DNA from: Octopus sinensis | Taxonomy: Eukaryota | Length of the DNA stretch: 64,000 nucleotides | Direction of reading: 5' to 3' | NCBI RefSeq assembly: GCF_006345805.1 | Contig: NC_043000.1 | Coordinates: forward strand, 164,672,001 to 164,736,000 | In this document: in pieces, positions 12,042-29,794 of the stretch | Position numbering within the stretch: the first letter of the stretch is position 1 | Layout: every line of letters begins with the position of its first letter | Program-made: the position numbers and the translations under genes | Notes under the pieces: generated by a model | The model's database searches: none | Told to the model about the DNA's origin: nothing | What the model saw: the letters and a program-made list of their open reading frames with translations, nothing else

Positions 12042-13622
12042 GTATGTACTGACATCCTGTGTTTGTTTGTGTGCATGTGAGTGGGTAAGAGAGAGAGAGA
12101 GAGAGAGAGAGAGTGTGTGTGTATTGACCAGATGGTTAAGAGGTTTGCTTCATACTCACAAGATCATGGGTTCAATCCCAAAACATGGAATCTTGCAAGG
12201 TTTTTATTTTTATTTTTTTACCATAACTGTCTGTTGACCCAAGCCTTATTAGTGAAATTAGATAGGCAGGAACTGTTTGTTGGATTGAACCTGAGTAAGT
12301 TTCATGTACTTTTGTTTTTTTTTGTATAAAGTGCTGAGCCATTGTAAATAGGTTCTGACCACATGTGTGTTTGTGTAAAGTGACTTGCCCTTGTGAGGTA
12401 GGTTCTAATACTGTGTGTGTATGTATGCTTTTCTATGAGTGTATGTGTATATAAAGTGTACCATTTTCAAATAGGTTCTGTATATTGTAATAGCAAATAC
12501 CAGTAATATGATGGAGTTAGTGACATCAACTGTATAAACCATATCTTTATAAATTAGCATTCTGCTTGACCAGAAGTCATCAGTAGAATCGTTTGAACAG
12601 TAGACAAAATGGTTTTGCGGTATTGTGTTACCTCCCTTTATTTTCTGATTTCAAGTGCTGCAACTATTGACCACACTTTTTATCTTACCTGTGTTGATAA
12701 AATAAGTACCAGTTGAGTACTGGGATGATCGAAATCAACTGTATTCCCCACTACCCCCACCCCAAAGTGTTCTATGCCTGCTAGAAATCCTTAGTATGTT
12801 AGTCTCAAGCCAGTTATGATAGTAAACTTCTGATAAAGCTGTTCCAGCTGTGATTGACCTATCTTTATCTTGGACTACATTATTCAGGGTGCTTTTTTCT
12901 TTTTAAAGGCAGTGAGGTTGAGGTTTGGCTGCTACTTCTTTCAGGTCAAGCAACACAACCACATAGGATCCCTCTAATTAGTGTATATTATTTACACTGA
13001 AGGCAGTAAGCCATAGGAATGGCGAAATGCCATGCAGTGTTGATTTACGGCCTACCCTTGTGTCCTGTGTTCAAATCCTATTGGCATCAACTTTGTCTTT
13101 TATCCCTCATTCAGTAGGGGTTGATAAAAGTCAATAATTGGTATGTTTTGGGCTTTATTTAGTTAACCATAAACCTTTCTTACAAATATCTGGCCCAATG
13201 TCCAAAGTTTAAAATATTTTACTTTCTCACAACATGCCCTACTTCATCTTTAGAAATGAATTGTCAGAGATGCTATCACAATGAAAAATTGTAGTCCTAT
13301 TAGTATTACTATATTTAATGTACTGATTATTAAAAGTCCAATTAGAAATAATTAGGTTGTGAGTAAGAAAACTAGTATTGGAGAGTGACTGATAATATTC
13401 TGGCAAGTACTGGAGACACCTGCATGCATGTTCTGGCTTTATTAGATCTTTTCACTCAAATGCAGACTTTAGAAATGAATGTTGGTCTTGTTTCATTCAG
13501 TTTCTAATTTCCAATTCTCGTAGATTTTTGTTTTAAAAACAAAACTGACATGGTAATAAAGATATTGTGTTTTTGCCTCTTGTTTCTTTTTTGAACATAA
13601 TGTTTTGTTTTGGTATTCCCAG

Positions 13623-13713
13623 GCACCAAGGCTGATGCCACAACAAGAATTTGTGAAGGCTTTGATGAATATTGCACAGAAACTACAACAGTTACCCACC
13701 AAAGAACTTCGAA
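13623..13713 (+). CDS. PI4KB: PI4KB exon: APRLMPQQEFVKALMNIAQKLQQLPTKELR
   Basis: Matches human [30 protein letters not shown]. ttcccag acceptor, A|gtaaac donor, 91 nt. Confidence 0.95.
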
Positions 13714-14898
13714 GTAAACCAAATTTCTCTTATTTTTTTCTTATTTAATCATCTCTTGGTCTCTTTATAATATTTTTTCACATCCAAATTTCCATAGTTT
13801 TTTTTAGAGAAAAAACCCCCCATAAATTGTATTTGTAAAGGAAAAAGGAATGTATCATACATGACACAGAGTTATCTTTAGAGACCTTGTCCAGATCCTT
13901 ACAACAGAAGGCCTCCAAGGGCAAGGTGATGGTATTAAACTTACTAACAGATTAGGTCTACTATCCAAGCTGACATTGATGATTGCATTTACTCTTGAGC
14001 AATTTTACATACAGGTGTGCTCTCTACCATCAAGTACTTATCAGTGAAGTAGCATTAAAATATGTTTTATATTGGTCAAACTAAAAGTAAAGAGGTTTGT
14101 TGCTTTCTTAAAATGACAACATGATGGCTATAGTATGATTTGAACTTATGATTATGTGGGAAGAAGCTCAACACTTTCAAATTGCATTGTCTTTTTTTAA
14201 TGTTGCTATAGTGGATGGGTGCCAGAATCAGTGGAGCACTGGAAAAGATCTTTGCATAAATTTTTTTGTAGTTGGAATTTTCTTTTATGTCAATGGGTCT
14301 CTTCTTTATAATATGTAAATAACTGAGTTTGGGAGAAGGTGTTTCATATGTATTATCTTTGGTAAAACTAGATGTTAAACAAAACTATGTATGTTGCTTA
14401 AGTAACTGCACCGATATGGATATGTTATGGTAATGGACAAGGAGTGTTGGGTGTCAGTGGAAAGTATATTCAATTGAGAAAGTGACCAGGTTTATATTTC
14501 AGGAGATTCGGCCTCACAGATGAGATGTTGCTCGACTGAAACTACTGGTAGAATGTTGTATGCCAACATAGAAAAATTACATATGCATGTCATCATCATT
14601 ATCATTTAATGTCCATTTTCTAAGCTGACATGGGTTTAGCATATTGATTGCAGCTGGTAAGGTCAGAGGCCCACACCAGGTTCCATAGTTTGTTTTGGTT
14701 GGTTTCTACAGCTGGACACCCTTCTTGACGCCAACCACTTTACAGAGTAATGGGTGCTTTTTATGTGACACCATCACCAGTGCTTTTTGACATGGCACAG
14801 TGACACATACACATAGAATTTATACAGCTGGATCCCCTTCCTAATGCCAACCACTCTGAGAGTATACATGTATGTGTGTGTGTGTGTGTGTGTGTATA

Positions 14899-15701
14899 CT
14901 GGGTGGCTGAAAAGTAAGTAGACATTAAAAATCGGTAATAAAATCCATTTTCCTATTACAAATTTATTGAAACAAATGAAAGTAAATCTTTATATTTCAA
15001 TGTAAGCACTGGTGGCATCAACCAGTTTCCTCAAACTGCCAGGGATGGAATGAACAACCTTCTGAAGGACATTGCCTGGGATATCATTGAGTACCTCCTG
15101 AAGCCTTGTCTCCAAGTCCTCCTGTGTGTGAGGTTTTGTCTTGTACACCTCTTTTTTGTAACCCCACAAGTAAAAGTCACATGGAGTGAGATCGGGACTT
15201 CTGCGGTCACAGTCTTCAGGTTTTAGCTCCTGCATATAATGGGGTTTACACAGACGAAAATTCAATTCTTTATGCAACATCATACATATTGTGTGTCTGG
15301 TTAGTCCACTTTCATGAGCTACTTGACATGTTGATTTTTGCAGGCTGTGATTAAACATTTCCTGCACTGTTGCCAGTGATCGGGATGTCGTTGGACTGCC
15401 AATTTTTGCATCATTCATAGAGCCTGTGGTCATCAGCTTTGCATGACAACTTTTTATTGTCTCTGGATGTAGTGTTGCAATCTTACCTTTCCGTGCACCG
15501 AAACAGTGGAATTCCACACTTCATAGCATGCTGCTATCTTAGCTCACTCCTGAACAGTCAAGTAACTGGCCATCTGGAAAAGAAAACAGTAAGAAATCTT
15601 GATTAGTGTTGTCTGTTTAAAAAATATTTTCATCATGACTTCAGTGATCCTAAAAATTTTATATGCAATTTCTAATGCCTACTTACTTTTCACCCACCCA
15701 G
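14899..15701 (-). mobile_element. Internally deleted mariner/maT-like (Tc1/mariner) element with TIRs, TA target duplication and a 175-aa truncated transposase ORF (14990-15517)
   Basis: TIRs match 29/32 (ctgggtggctgaaaagtaagtagacattaaaa), with TA on both sides. The ORF has an HTH region (KSTCQVAHESGL...LHKEL) joined to RSPDLTPCDFYLWGY...VY. Confidence 0.88.
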
Positions 15702-15788
15702 TATATGCAGAGGGAGAAAGAGACCGAGAAAGTTCCCCTGGTTATAGAATTATTTATCTTTCTATTTATATATTTCTTTAATGTTTTT

Positions 15789-18735
<2,947 letters not shown>

Positions 18736-19369
18736 TGAGCTCCAAGTCAGTCCTGATTAAGCAGACTTATATGATCAAAAGTCCTGAAACTTGCTAGTGT
18801 TTGTAAAAGCAGTGGTAGTTTTTAAGTGTTTGTATTGGTGGTGGCTGTTGTGAAATTTGTCAAGTTGATAAGATATTGACTAGTTTTTTTTTGTTTGCTT
18901 GTTAGTTTCTTTTTAAATTCACATTCACAGATATTTGCAAAGAGACACTTGTGCATACTCACACATCATCGCAAGCTCTTGCTATCTTACTTGTAAACAA
19001 TCACACGTACTTGCATACACATTCAAAAGATGCACACACACACACATACATACTAGTACATTCCTACTTACAAATAAACAGTTGCATCCTCTAGTACGCT
19101 CACACATACCAATGTGCTCATTTTGATGTTAACAAAAGTCACCGAGTTGTGATTGCGCACACACACACAAAACCAAGGGAGATAAATGTTTTAATAGAAT
19201 TCCACTGCCAAGAAACCTTCATTAAATAACTGTTTATGTATGATTTAGAAAGATTAATTTATAATGGATTTTGGGATGGATGGATATAAAAAAACAGTTG
19301 AATAAAAAGTAAACAATGTTTTGAACCATAAAGAATTTGTACTGGATTTTTTGCAGAGTTTTGAATTTG

Positions 19370-20362
19370 TTTTAAACGTTTCGTTGCAATTGTCTCATGA
19401 TACAGACATTGACTTACCCAAATGCATCAATAAATTAACATTGGTATCTTTTGTCACCATTGTTACAATCATCTGAAATGGAACTGTCAGAGCGCAATAT
19501 TCGAGCAATTTTGCTATTCAACTTCAAAAAAAGGGCGTAAAGCAGCTGAAACTGCTTGTGGTATCAATGAAACATTTGGTGAGGAAATGACCAGTGAGTG
19601 ACCAACGCGAAAATGGCTTAAACGATTTTACGGTGGAGACTGGCATTAAGAAAGATCCATGTAAAGACCACTTGAGAACTGGTAAAAAAACTTCAAGTTA
19701 GCCAGAAAAAAAAAAAAAAAAAAAAAAAGCTCAACGAATGGGTACCACATGATTTGAATGAAAATCAGAAAATGTGCAGACATGAAATTTGCTCGTCACT
19801 TCTTCTCCATAACCAGACTGATCCATTTCTTGACCATATTGTAACTAGCGATGAAAGTGGATTCCGTACAATAATAAAAATCATTATTCGTAGTGGTTGG
19901 ACCAGAATGAAGTACCAAAAGCTTTCCTTAAACCCAAGCTCTTCAAAAAGAATGTTATGGTGACTGTTTTGGTGGTGTACTGCTGGAGTCATCCACTATA
20001 ACTTCTTAAAACCTTTTAAAACCATTACTGCAGAAACATATTGCCATGAAAACCAAAATGAACCAAAAAACTACGACTACTCTGTCCCAGACAGGTCAAC
20101 AGGAGAGGGTCAGTCATTCTTCATGACAGTGCTCGATCACATGTTTCGCTAATGATGCTCCAGAAGTTGAGAGAACTTGGCTACGAAGTTCTTCCCCAGA
20201 CGTCTCTCCTACTGACTGCCACTTTTTCAAGCACCTGATGGTTTCCTGCAAGAGGAGGAGTTAAAAAGCGAAACTGTTCCTGAAAGTGCATTCAAAGAGT
20301 TCATCAGCTCCAGAACTTCAGATTTTCATGTTATTGGAATAAACAAACTTGTCACTTGTTGG
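19370..20362 (+). mobile_element. Degraded mariner (D,D34D-type) transposase relic
   Basis: MELSERNIRAILLFNFKKGRKAAETACGINETFGE from 19478, WVPHDL at 19739-19756, HIVTSDESG and LHDSARSH-like motifs. Many stops and frameshifts, and interrupted at the 3' end by a SINE. Confidence 0.85.
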
Positions 20363-20660
20363 CAAGTGCTGGTGGCATGTAAAAAGCACCATCTGATCGT
20401 GGCCGTTGCCAGCCTCGCCTGGCCCCTGTGCCGGTGGCACGTAAAAAGCACCATTCGACCGTGGCCGTTTGCCAGCCCCGTCTGGCACGTAAAAAGCACC
20501 CACTACACTCATGGAGTGGTTGACGTTAGGAAGGGCATCCAGCCGTAGAAACATTGCCAGATCAGACTGGGCCTGGTGCAGCCTTCTGGCTTCCCAGACC
20601 CCAGTTGAACCGTCCAACCCATGCTAGCATGGAAAGCGGACGCTAAATGATGATGATGAT
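20363..20660 (+). mobile_element. Young RTE-tail repeat (SINE or 5'-truncated RTE 3' end) with (GAT)n tail and three internal tggcacgtaaaaagcacc repeats
   Basis: CpG-rich, ending ccatgctagcatggaaagcggacgctaaatgatgatgat. Related copies at about 2255-2440(+), 4725-4818(+), 14605-14870(-), 23560-23675(+), 26370-26520(-), 26630-26850(-), 40960-41130(+), 41380-41530(+), 43985-44140(-) and 44540-44720(-). Confidence 0.85.
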
Positions 20661-21325
20661 ATATATATATATATATATATAGATAAAAGAAATTGTGATG
20701 AACACCAGTTTATGTCTTTAGTTCCCTATCTATATTTCATGTTGGATACTTAACCATAACAGATCATCAGAGAAACAGTTTATTGCATAATGTTACAGTG
20801 ATCAAATGTTCTAAGGTTGGATAGATATAAGTATTTTGAGAGGAAAATAGATAGAAATCAAATGAAAGGTGAAGAGAGTGAGTGAAGTCAGGATTCTGTT
20901 GAAAGAAAGAAAAGAATACTAAAATGGACAATAGTAAAAGGGTAAAAATAATGAAAAAAAAAAAAGTAAAAAAATTCATAAATAAAAATGAAATGCACCC
21001 TGGAGATAAAGAGAAGCAAAGTGAAAGAGAAAGGAAAGAAAATTAGTGTCCTCCCTTTCTCTCTCTCCCTCTCTTGTTACTGTATTTTCTTTTCTTTCTC
21101 TCTCAAAAGGATATGACAATGACACACTAATAAAGTCAGCAATATGGTGATGATTATAGAATAATCGGAGATATGATAATAATGATAGCATAATCATAGC
21201 AATATGAAAATGATGACTATGACTACAGTGATATGATAGTGACAACAGTATGACCATGGTATATAACAATATTTTGATATCAGGCTGATGAAACTGAAGT
21301 ACCATTTTGTCTCTTATTTATCTAG

Positions 21326-21559
21326 ACTCCCTACTTGATATATGTTGAAGTACTCGAGTGTGAGAACCCAGTCACCAGCCAACTGCCAAGTAAGATCTTG
21401 GAAAATACTTTGCGTTTCACCCGTTCAGAGGAGGACTTGACCCATTACTACAACAGAAGCAACAACTCTCCAAAGCCAGAGTTTGCCATTTATGGTACTT
21501 CTGACTTTGATGATTCTGACTGTTGGTTACAAGATGATGATGAAATCCTGCAAGCTATG
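21326..21559 (+). CDS. PI4KB: PI4KB exon: TPYLIYVEVLECENPVTSQLPSKILENTLRFTRSEEDL...DCWLQDDDEILQAM
   Basis: Matches human APYLIYVEVLECENF...RSTRSVENL. tctag acceptor, ATG|gtatgt donor, 234 nt, phase 0-0. Confidence 0.95.
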
Positions 21560-22472
21560 GTATGTTGCTCTCCCCATTTCGTTATATGAATTATTTGAAA
21601 GATTCGTGGGAGGGAGTTTTTTCCCTCTTATCTGAGGGGCACAAGCACTCTCACTCACACATACACAAGATAAACTTAAGTTTTCTCCTACAAAATTCAC
21701 TCAAAAGGCTTTAGTTGACCCAAAGCAATAGTAGAAGACATTTGTCCAAGATGCTATGCAGTGAGTCTGAACCCCAAATCACATGGTTGGGAAGTGAACT
21801 TGTTATTGCTTCCCAACCCCTTATCCATGTAACCATGTCTGTGTTCTATAAAATTTAGGTATTTGAATAAAAATTATTGGAACAAGGTTTTTATATTTAT
21901 TATCGAATAATATTCTGTACTTTTCCTTGTAAGTATTGATTGTGAGAGGAATATAAATATGTACAGACTTATGTTTTTGTCATTGCTTAGTCTGATAAAA
22001 ATAAGGCCAGTTCTTTTACCCTTTTCAAGACCTTCATAGATTGATGAGAAGGAAGGAAAAGTTGTCCTTAGGCCAGAGATGTGTAACAAATACCTGCAAC
22101 AGGTTGCTATTGAAGGCACTGAATGACCAGGTAGTGATGTAAAGGCAGGTAGTAAATGAAGTCTGTCTTTTAAAAGAAGAAAGGTCTCTCCTTCAGTGTT
22201 CTGGACAGTTTCTGTCTATTTATTTTCACTTTTGTCAACACACACACACTTCTTTGTGAAAATGGATTATGTAATTTCTTTTTTTTTTATAAAGGAAAGT
22301 GAATTTATCTTTTCAGTAAACATTTAACTATTAAATGACCATCTGTCTTGTCAACAAACAACCATTTGTCTGATCAATAAACAACCAGTTTACTATTCAG
22401 TAAAAAAAATTATATTTTCTGTGCCATCTGCTCTCTTTTTATCAAGATTGTTTTCTTTTCATGTAATTTCAG

Positions 22473-22625
22473 TATTCAAATCGGTCAAAATCAAGTGATA
22501 CAATTTCCCAGTTCTCTGCTGAGAGTTCTACGAGTGCTGATAGTAAAGACCCTGTGTACATTGCTGCAGCTGATATTCGCCGACGCCTATCAGAAAACAT
22601 TGCTGCACCAAAGGGCAAATTTGAG
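22473..22625 (+). CDS. PI4KB: PI4KB exon: [51 protein letters not shown]
   Basis: Matches human [33 protein letters not shown]. tttcag acceptor, GAG|gtactt donor, 153 nt. Confidence 0.95.
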
Positions 22626-22977
22626 GTACTTCTGACGCTTAATACACATTCTACTTTACCAGTTTATAGGGCCGGGTAATGTGAACAGATGTTTCAAGTT
22701 GAGCCAAGTATACGAGTAATATTGATTAGTTGAGGATATATAGGGTAGCAGTTAAGCACCCCTTAATAATAATCCAATCAGAGACTATCCCTATTAAAAT
22801 GGTCATATTTAAATTAGAATTTCTGTCTGAAATAAAATGGATGAATTTTTCAAGATGTTAGTTTTCTGTGTAAGATGGAAATCATAATTATTTTTTGAGT
22901 TTATTCTTGGATAATTAAAATAATGTTTTCCTGTTTTATTGCGAATATATTTTTAATCCTTTTCTTTTTCTTTTTGA

Positions 22978-23202
<225 letters not shown>

Positions 23203-24075
23203 TGATTGTACTTGTGATCAAATGCATTCCAGTTATAACCTTCTTGTCTTTTTGGGTGTAGGTAAAACAAATCACATGCTCTTTACTTATTTGAGACGGT
23301 AGGGTATGATCTGAAAAATAATTGGCTGCTGTTTCTTGTGGTTTTGATGATCATATAAAGGCCTGACTAGCCAGTACTTCTGTTTCTTTTATGTTTTCAT
23401 TTTTGTTTGCTGTATGCTCCCAACGTTCTTGGGGAATACTGATGTATTGCATGGCTATGTTTTGCAACCATCTGCATAGCATCTTGAACACGTATTATCT
23501 ATCATAGCTTCAAGTTTTCAGTTGATGTAAATTGTGTGGAAGCCCACCCAAATGGCATCCAGCCGTACGAACCATGCCACAGCAGACAGCAGAGTTTGGT
23601 GCGGTCTTCTGACATACCAATGCTTGTCCAATTGTCCAACCTGTGCCAGCATGGAAAACACATTAAATGATGATATATATATCTTTTAATGATATATTTC
23701 TGTAAATGTAAATACTTTGAGGAAAATCAGTGCATCAGTGAACGTGGATGACTCCCCTGTGCTATTCATGGCACCCACTGGCGCAGGCAATCATTTCTCA
23801 TTCTTGCCATTGTAAATGTTATAAACCAGTTATTGACCCAATGAAAATCAATAACCAATGATGTTATTGCTCACAGATCATGATGTTAAATAAATAAAAA
23901 TTGTGGAGAGATGTTAAATGAAGGGCAGATTGATATAAGTAGATATCAAAACCATAACAGTATGTAACAGCATTATTTTAATGTCCCTTGATATGCATAT
24001 ATATAAAATGATCTTCCTTCTCTTGACCAGCATACATTTTCACAGATCCTTTAAACACAACCTTAGGGTTCATAG

Positions 24076-24438
<363 letters not shown>

Positions 24439-25599
24439 TGAGTTGCATGATGATCTCAATGGATTACTATATTATGGTCTCTGTGGGATGCCACATCAGG
24501 ACTTTTTATGGGTTATCAACCATGCTTTCTGTGAATTACAACACCATGGTCTCTATGGGTTACTACATGTAATGGCCTCTGTGGATTATCACATCTATGA
24601 GTTGGCACATCATCGTCTCTTTAGATGATGAAAGATTGCTAAGGTAGCTATGGAAAATACTGATAATATTTGGGATGATAGTTAACCTTTAACTAAAATA
24701 TTGTAGCCAGAAGTGATTTATTGAGAAATAATTGGAGCTTATGGTAATTAGAACAGCTCATAGAAATTTCGAGTGTAGATACATGCGTGCATATACTGTG
24801 AAAGACGTTTTAGAAGTGATCCTTTATCTGAGTAATGAAAAATTCTCTCTTTCTCTAAGGTGAGAAGCATAATTTTGGGATATCAAAATCTTCCTCTTTT
24901 CACAGCATTTGAATTTATCCAAACTCACAAACTTTACTGTATAATTTTTGCTGATACAAATTGCTATCAGTTTTAGAAAGTTAGGATGGGTGAATGTTAG
25001 ACTTATAACCATATTAGATCTTAAATAAATCACTGAAGATCCTTCTTGGGGGAGTTATACACCGAAGTAACTTGTCTTCTGCAAGTGTGAAGAAATATTT
25101 GAATTCAGCACTGCAGATAATAAATTACTTGAGGGTGCCTGAATATGGTTGCTCAACCTATCAGACAGAGCAGCCAAATTACCCTCAAATTGCACCCTAC
25201 ACTCTTAACCCCTGCAGAAAGCAGGTTTATATAGCAGTCTATCTTTTGTTGAGTAATGTCAAATTTTTTGAGGCAACATGACTTGTTGAAAATATCAATT
25301 CCATTTTTGGTATTACTGGAATAACTATGAAATTTAAAGGGTTAAAAAGACCTCAAGATGAACACAGCTGGAATACCTTTGCTGATTGGTCTGCTCAGTC
25401 AAAGCTGATCCAAGGATAGCAATAATAAGTGTTAATGTTCTCATTGGACCCATCTTACTCAGAACAGCATAGAATAACAACATTAATAGATTATGGATGA
25501 TGATGATGATTGTGTAGCCTTACTTTAATGATTTAATTGTGATTTATGCAGATAATTTAGGTTTGACTGACAGAAGAATATAGGGTGTGTGTGTGCCTG

Positions 25600-25880
25600 T
25601 GTCTTGTGGTTGTTTAGTCCCAAGTCAGCCATGAGTAAACAGACTTTAGATCAAAAGTGATCCAGTTGTGACCATTTTACTTCTATTTTTTTTTTTTTAC
25701 CTTTTCAGGTATAGTGTACCACAGAGTACATTAGCCAATGTTCCCTTCTTTTAAGATGATAGTTTTGCTTGTATTTGCTATTTCTTTCGGGTGGAGCAAC
25801 CATTAGGGGTTTATTATTTGCAACTGTTATGTAGCTGCAATTTCTAACAGGTCAAGCAATCACATAGGAATATGGTGGTG
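25600..25880 (+). repeat. Old dispersed repeat family D (motif cagacctatgatcaaag..ttccagctgtgaccat)
   Basis: Diverged copies at about 4470-4640, 10865-10930, 11490-11650, 12800-12985, 18735-18790, 23185-23370 and 25350-25470(-). Class unknown. Confidence 0.55.
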
Positions 25881-25942
25881 GGTAACGGGGAAATAAAGAT
25901 GTTTTATGTGTGAAGTTTTTAAAGTTTTTCTCTGGAAATTGA

Positions 25943-26119
<177 letters not shown>

Positions 26120-27738
26120 TGATGATTGGAGTTATCTATCTGTGTTACTTCTTTGGTCTAGTTTATTGAATTTATTGTAGCATTGAAGTTGGAATAAAAA
26201 CTCAGATGTATTTTGTGTACCTCTTTAGTATACTGTTGAAAGTTTCTGTCTTTTGCCTCATATTGCCATTGGTAACATGAGATGATTTCTGTGATGGATA
26301 ATTCTAAGATAAATGATTGTTAAGATGATTTTCTTACACATCAAAGGTATAATTCAAACAGGTTAACTTCATCATCATTTAACGTCCAATTTCCTTGCCG
26401 GTATGGGTTGAACAGTTTGACAGGGGCTGGCTAGGCAGAAGACAGCACTGGGCTTCTCTGTCTGTTGTGGCAGGGTTTTTACAGCTGGATGCCCTTCCTA
26501 ACACCAATCACTTTACAAAGTGGATCTTTTCTACCTAAAAATGGATATATTCAAAATAATTTAGAGAAGAAGTACAAGGTCATCATTCTTTCCTCTAGCC
26601 AGTATCTCATCTGCTCTCATCATCATCATCATCATAATTTAACATCTGTTTTCCATGCTGGCTTGGGTTGGACAGTTTGGCAGTCAGCTGGCATGGTCAG
26701 CAGTTTGCACCAGGTTCCATAGTCTGTTTCGACCTGGTTTCTATGGCTGGATGCTTTCCCTAATGCCAAACATTTTATAGTTTGACACCATCACCAGTGC
26801 TTTTTACATGGCACAATCACCAGTGCTTTTTACATGGTACCAGCACCAACCAGATCATCAAGTATCTTGCAAGACAAGAACCACTATAATGGGAGGTGTG
26901 GGGAGTAATATTGAAGGGGTTGGCTTTGGGCCAGTTGAGAGATTTAAAGTATAGAGGGGACAGACATAGGTGTCTTGCTCTAGTTCCAGCAATTCTTCCT
27001 CACATTATATCAGTGTGAGGAAGAATTCTCTTCGTTGACACAATGAATGAGATAACTCTTAATCATCAATATTGAAGCACAGTTAGCCAATTAGACATTG
27101 TATGATGAAGAGGGTTGTTGAAATTCAAATTGGTAGATATTTCTTCTTGTAGCACATCAGGACATCTTATTTGAGGTTTCTTTAAAAAAGGCTTAGTTTG
27201 CCATTTAGTTTAAACTTCATTTTTGAACTGCAATCACAATGTTTCTCCATCTATGTTCTAAAACACACCTTTCTGTTTGTTTCAGTCATTGGGTGGTGGC
27301 CATCTGGAGCACCTCCTTGAAGGGTTTAGCCAAACAAATTGGCCTCAATACTTTTTTTTTTATGTGTCATACTTAATCCATCAGTTTCTTTTGCTGAACT
27401 GTTAAGTTACACAAACATAAGGAAGCTAACACTGGTTGACAAGTGGTGGTGGTGAATACAAATACAAGACATACACATACATATATATATGACAAGTTTC
27501 CACACAGTTTCCAACTACCTAATCCATTTTCGGTTTGGTGGCTCAGCATTGGCTAGGGGATGACCAGCTGAACAAGCTTCTGATTTTGTCTTAGAGTATT
27601 CTTCTTGATAGATTTTCTAACAAGAAATAGGGATTCGTCTGGCATGCTGGCTGACTATCACAAGCATTTCTATGTCCTTGCGCAATGTATGTGTGTGCGT
27701 ACATATGAATATATATATATTTTATCTCTCTCTTCTAG

Positions 27739-27897
<159 letters not shown>

Positions 27898-29038
27898 TAG
27901 TGTATATATGTATGATTAAAAATACACATTGAAAGAGAAATTCAAGTGTAGTTGAAGAGAAAGGGCGGTACTCATGACCTCTTCAGGATCTTCGAGACTG
28001 GTGGTAAGAAGCAGGGACGTTCATTAAAGGTACTATGGGCCATGTGGTGTGGTTAAATCGAGCATGTAGTTAACTCTGCCTCTAGCAGGCTTTCATGTAA
28101 TTATAGTTCAACAATAAACAAAGCATTGTTTAGGAATAATTATCATTACACAAGGGAAAAGGAAATGGCCAAAACTGAGGAGCAAAAATGTTAAAAGGAA
28201 AAAAATAATAAAAGAAATTTTGTGGAAAAGGAGTATTTCAGTATTGTTATTCTTGTCATATGAAACTTGAAAATGGCAAAAAAAATCAAGTAAAACCCTC
28301 CTAATTCCCTGACCATTTCCTTTCTCATGAGTTTGTGATAGCTATTCAGAAACTCCACCAAGCAATGGACTTGAGTTTCTTTGAACTTGTTACTGTTGTG
28401 GACCACCAGGTTTGCTCATCAAGCAAACAAATTTGTTTCAACTGAAACCATCCATCCTTTATTTGGGCAAAGTGTATCTAAAACTTCAGTATATCAAACA
28501 TGTTCTTCTTTTGAAGAAAATATAACAACTGTTTTGTAGCAGATCAAAAGATGGCATAGGGATTCCATTGTTTGTTTGCTTTGATGTTGAATTATGTCTT
28601 ATTGCGCACACTTGTAATCAGGTGCTCCATGACTATTTGTAAAGATCCATTAGTCTGTATCTAGTGTGCCTTACTTTTTAAGCTAGTTGAAGGAATTCTG
28701 TTGCTATTTCTTGTTGGCCAAGCAACAATGTAGAAGCTTCCTTGGTTCATACTGCAAATGTTGTTACAGTAATAATTATGAGGTCCAGGCCAATTTTGCT
28801 TGGTATTGTATATCATGGTAATAACCTTCCAAAGATGTTTTGCTCATTTTGGAATTTTCTCTTCCAGAGCAGATAATTAAATACATCCTCCATTCACAAG
28901 GAAGCATCATTATTAAATTTTCTGAATCTACACTGGTTGATCCTTTTATCACTGCCTTAGAGCTCCTGTAGGACATGTTTCTTAAAAGTCAATGGACCAA
29001 CATTTTTTTAATGTGGCCTACCCTTAGGGTGTATTTAA

Positions 29039-29272
<234 letters not shown>

Positions 29273-29739
29273 ACCTTCTCACCATCTTCACACCTGCTGC
29301 ATCTGCTCTCCCCATTACTACCACCACAATTACTCTCTTCTATCTCCCCATTGTGATCACTCCTTCCTGATTGACAACCCCAGTTTTGGTGTTTCATGCC
29401 CCCCCCCACTCTTACATATTTTTCTTTTTTTTTTAAGTTCTTTCTTCCCATTTTTCTTTTCTTTACTTCTTCTTTCTTACCATATTACTGTTTTCTCTTT
29501 TTTCTTGTTACAATCCTTACCATTCAGATTTCCATCTGGCCTTCCACTACTGACCAACACCATCCATCACCACCAAGGATTCCTTCAGTTTCCACAACTG
29601 CTCTTTCAGTTGTTTGCTGATCTTTATTTGGTAGACATTACTCTGAACATACAACATCCAACTAGACTCAACTGCTTACCCAGCTCACTTGACCTGGCCT
29701 ACTCTTGTTTTTAGTATTTGTTGTAAAATAACTCTGGTG

Positions 29740-29743
<4 letters not shown>

Positions 29744-29792
<49 letters not shown>
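29744..29792. repeat. (TA)n microsatellite downstream of the PI4KB stop
   Basis: Directly visible. Other (TA)n tracts lie at about 31540-31590, 46565-46630, 46850-46890, 47775-47808, 58335-58381, 58791-58837, 62128-62156 and 63050-63090. Confidence 0.95.

Positions 29793-29794
<2 letters not shown>

Noticed and set aside
19706-19728. Poly(A) run inside the mariner relic as a retro-insertion
   Set aside because: It sits at an A-rich Lys-codon stretch before WVPHDL with no TSD. Slippage expansion or homopolymer error is simpler.
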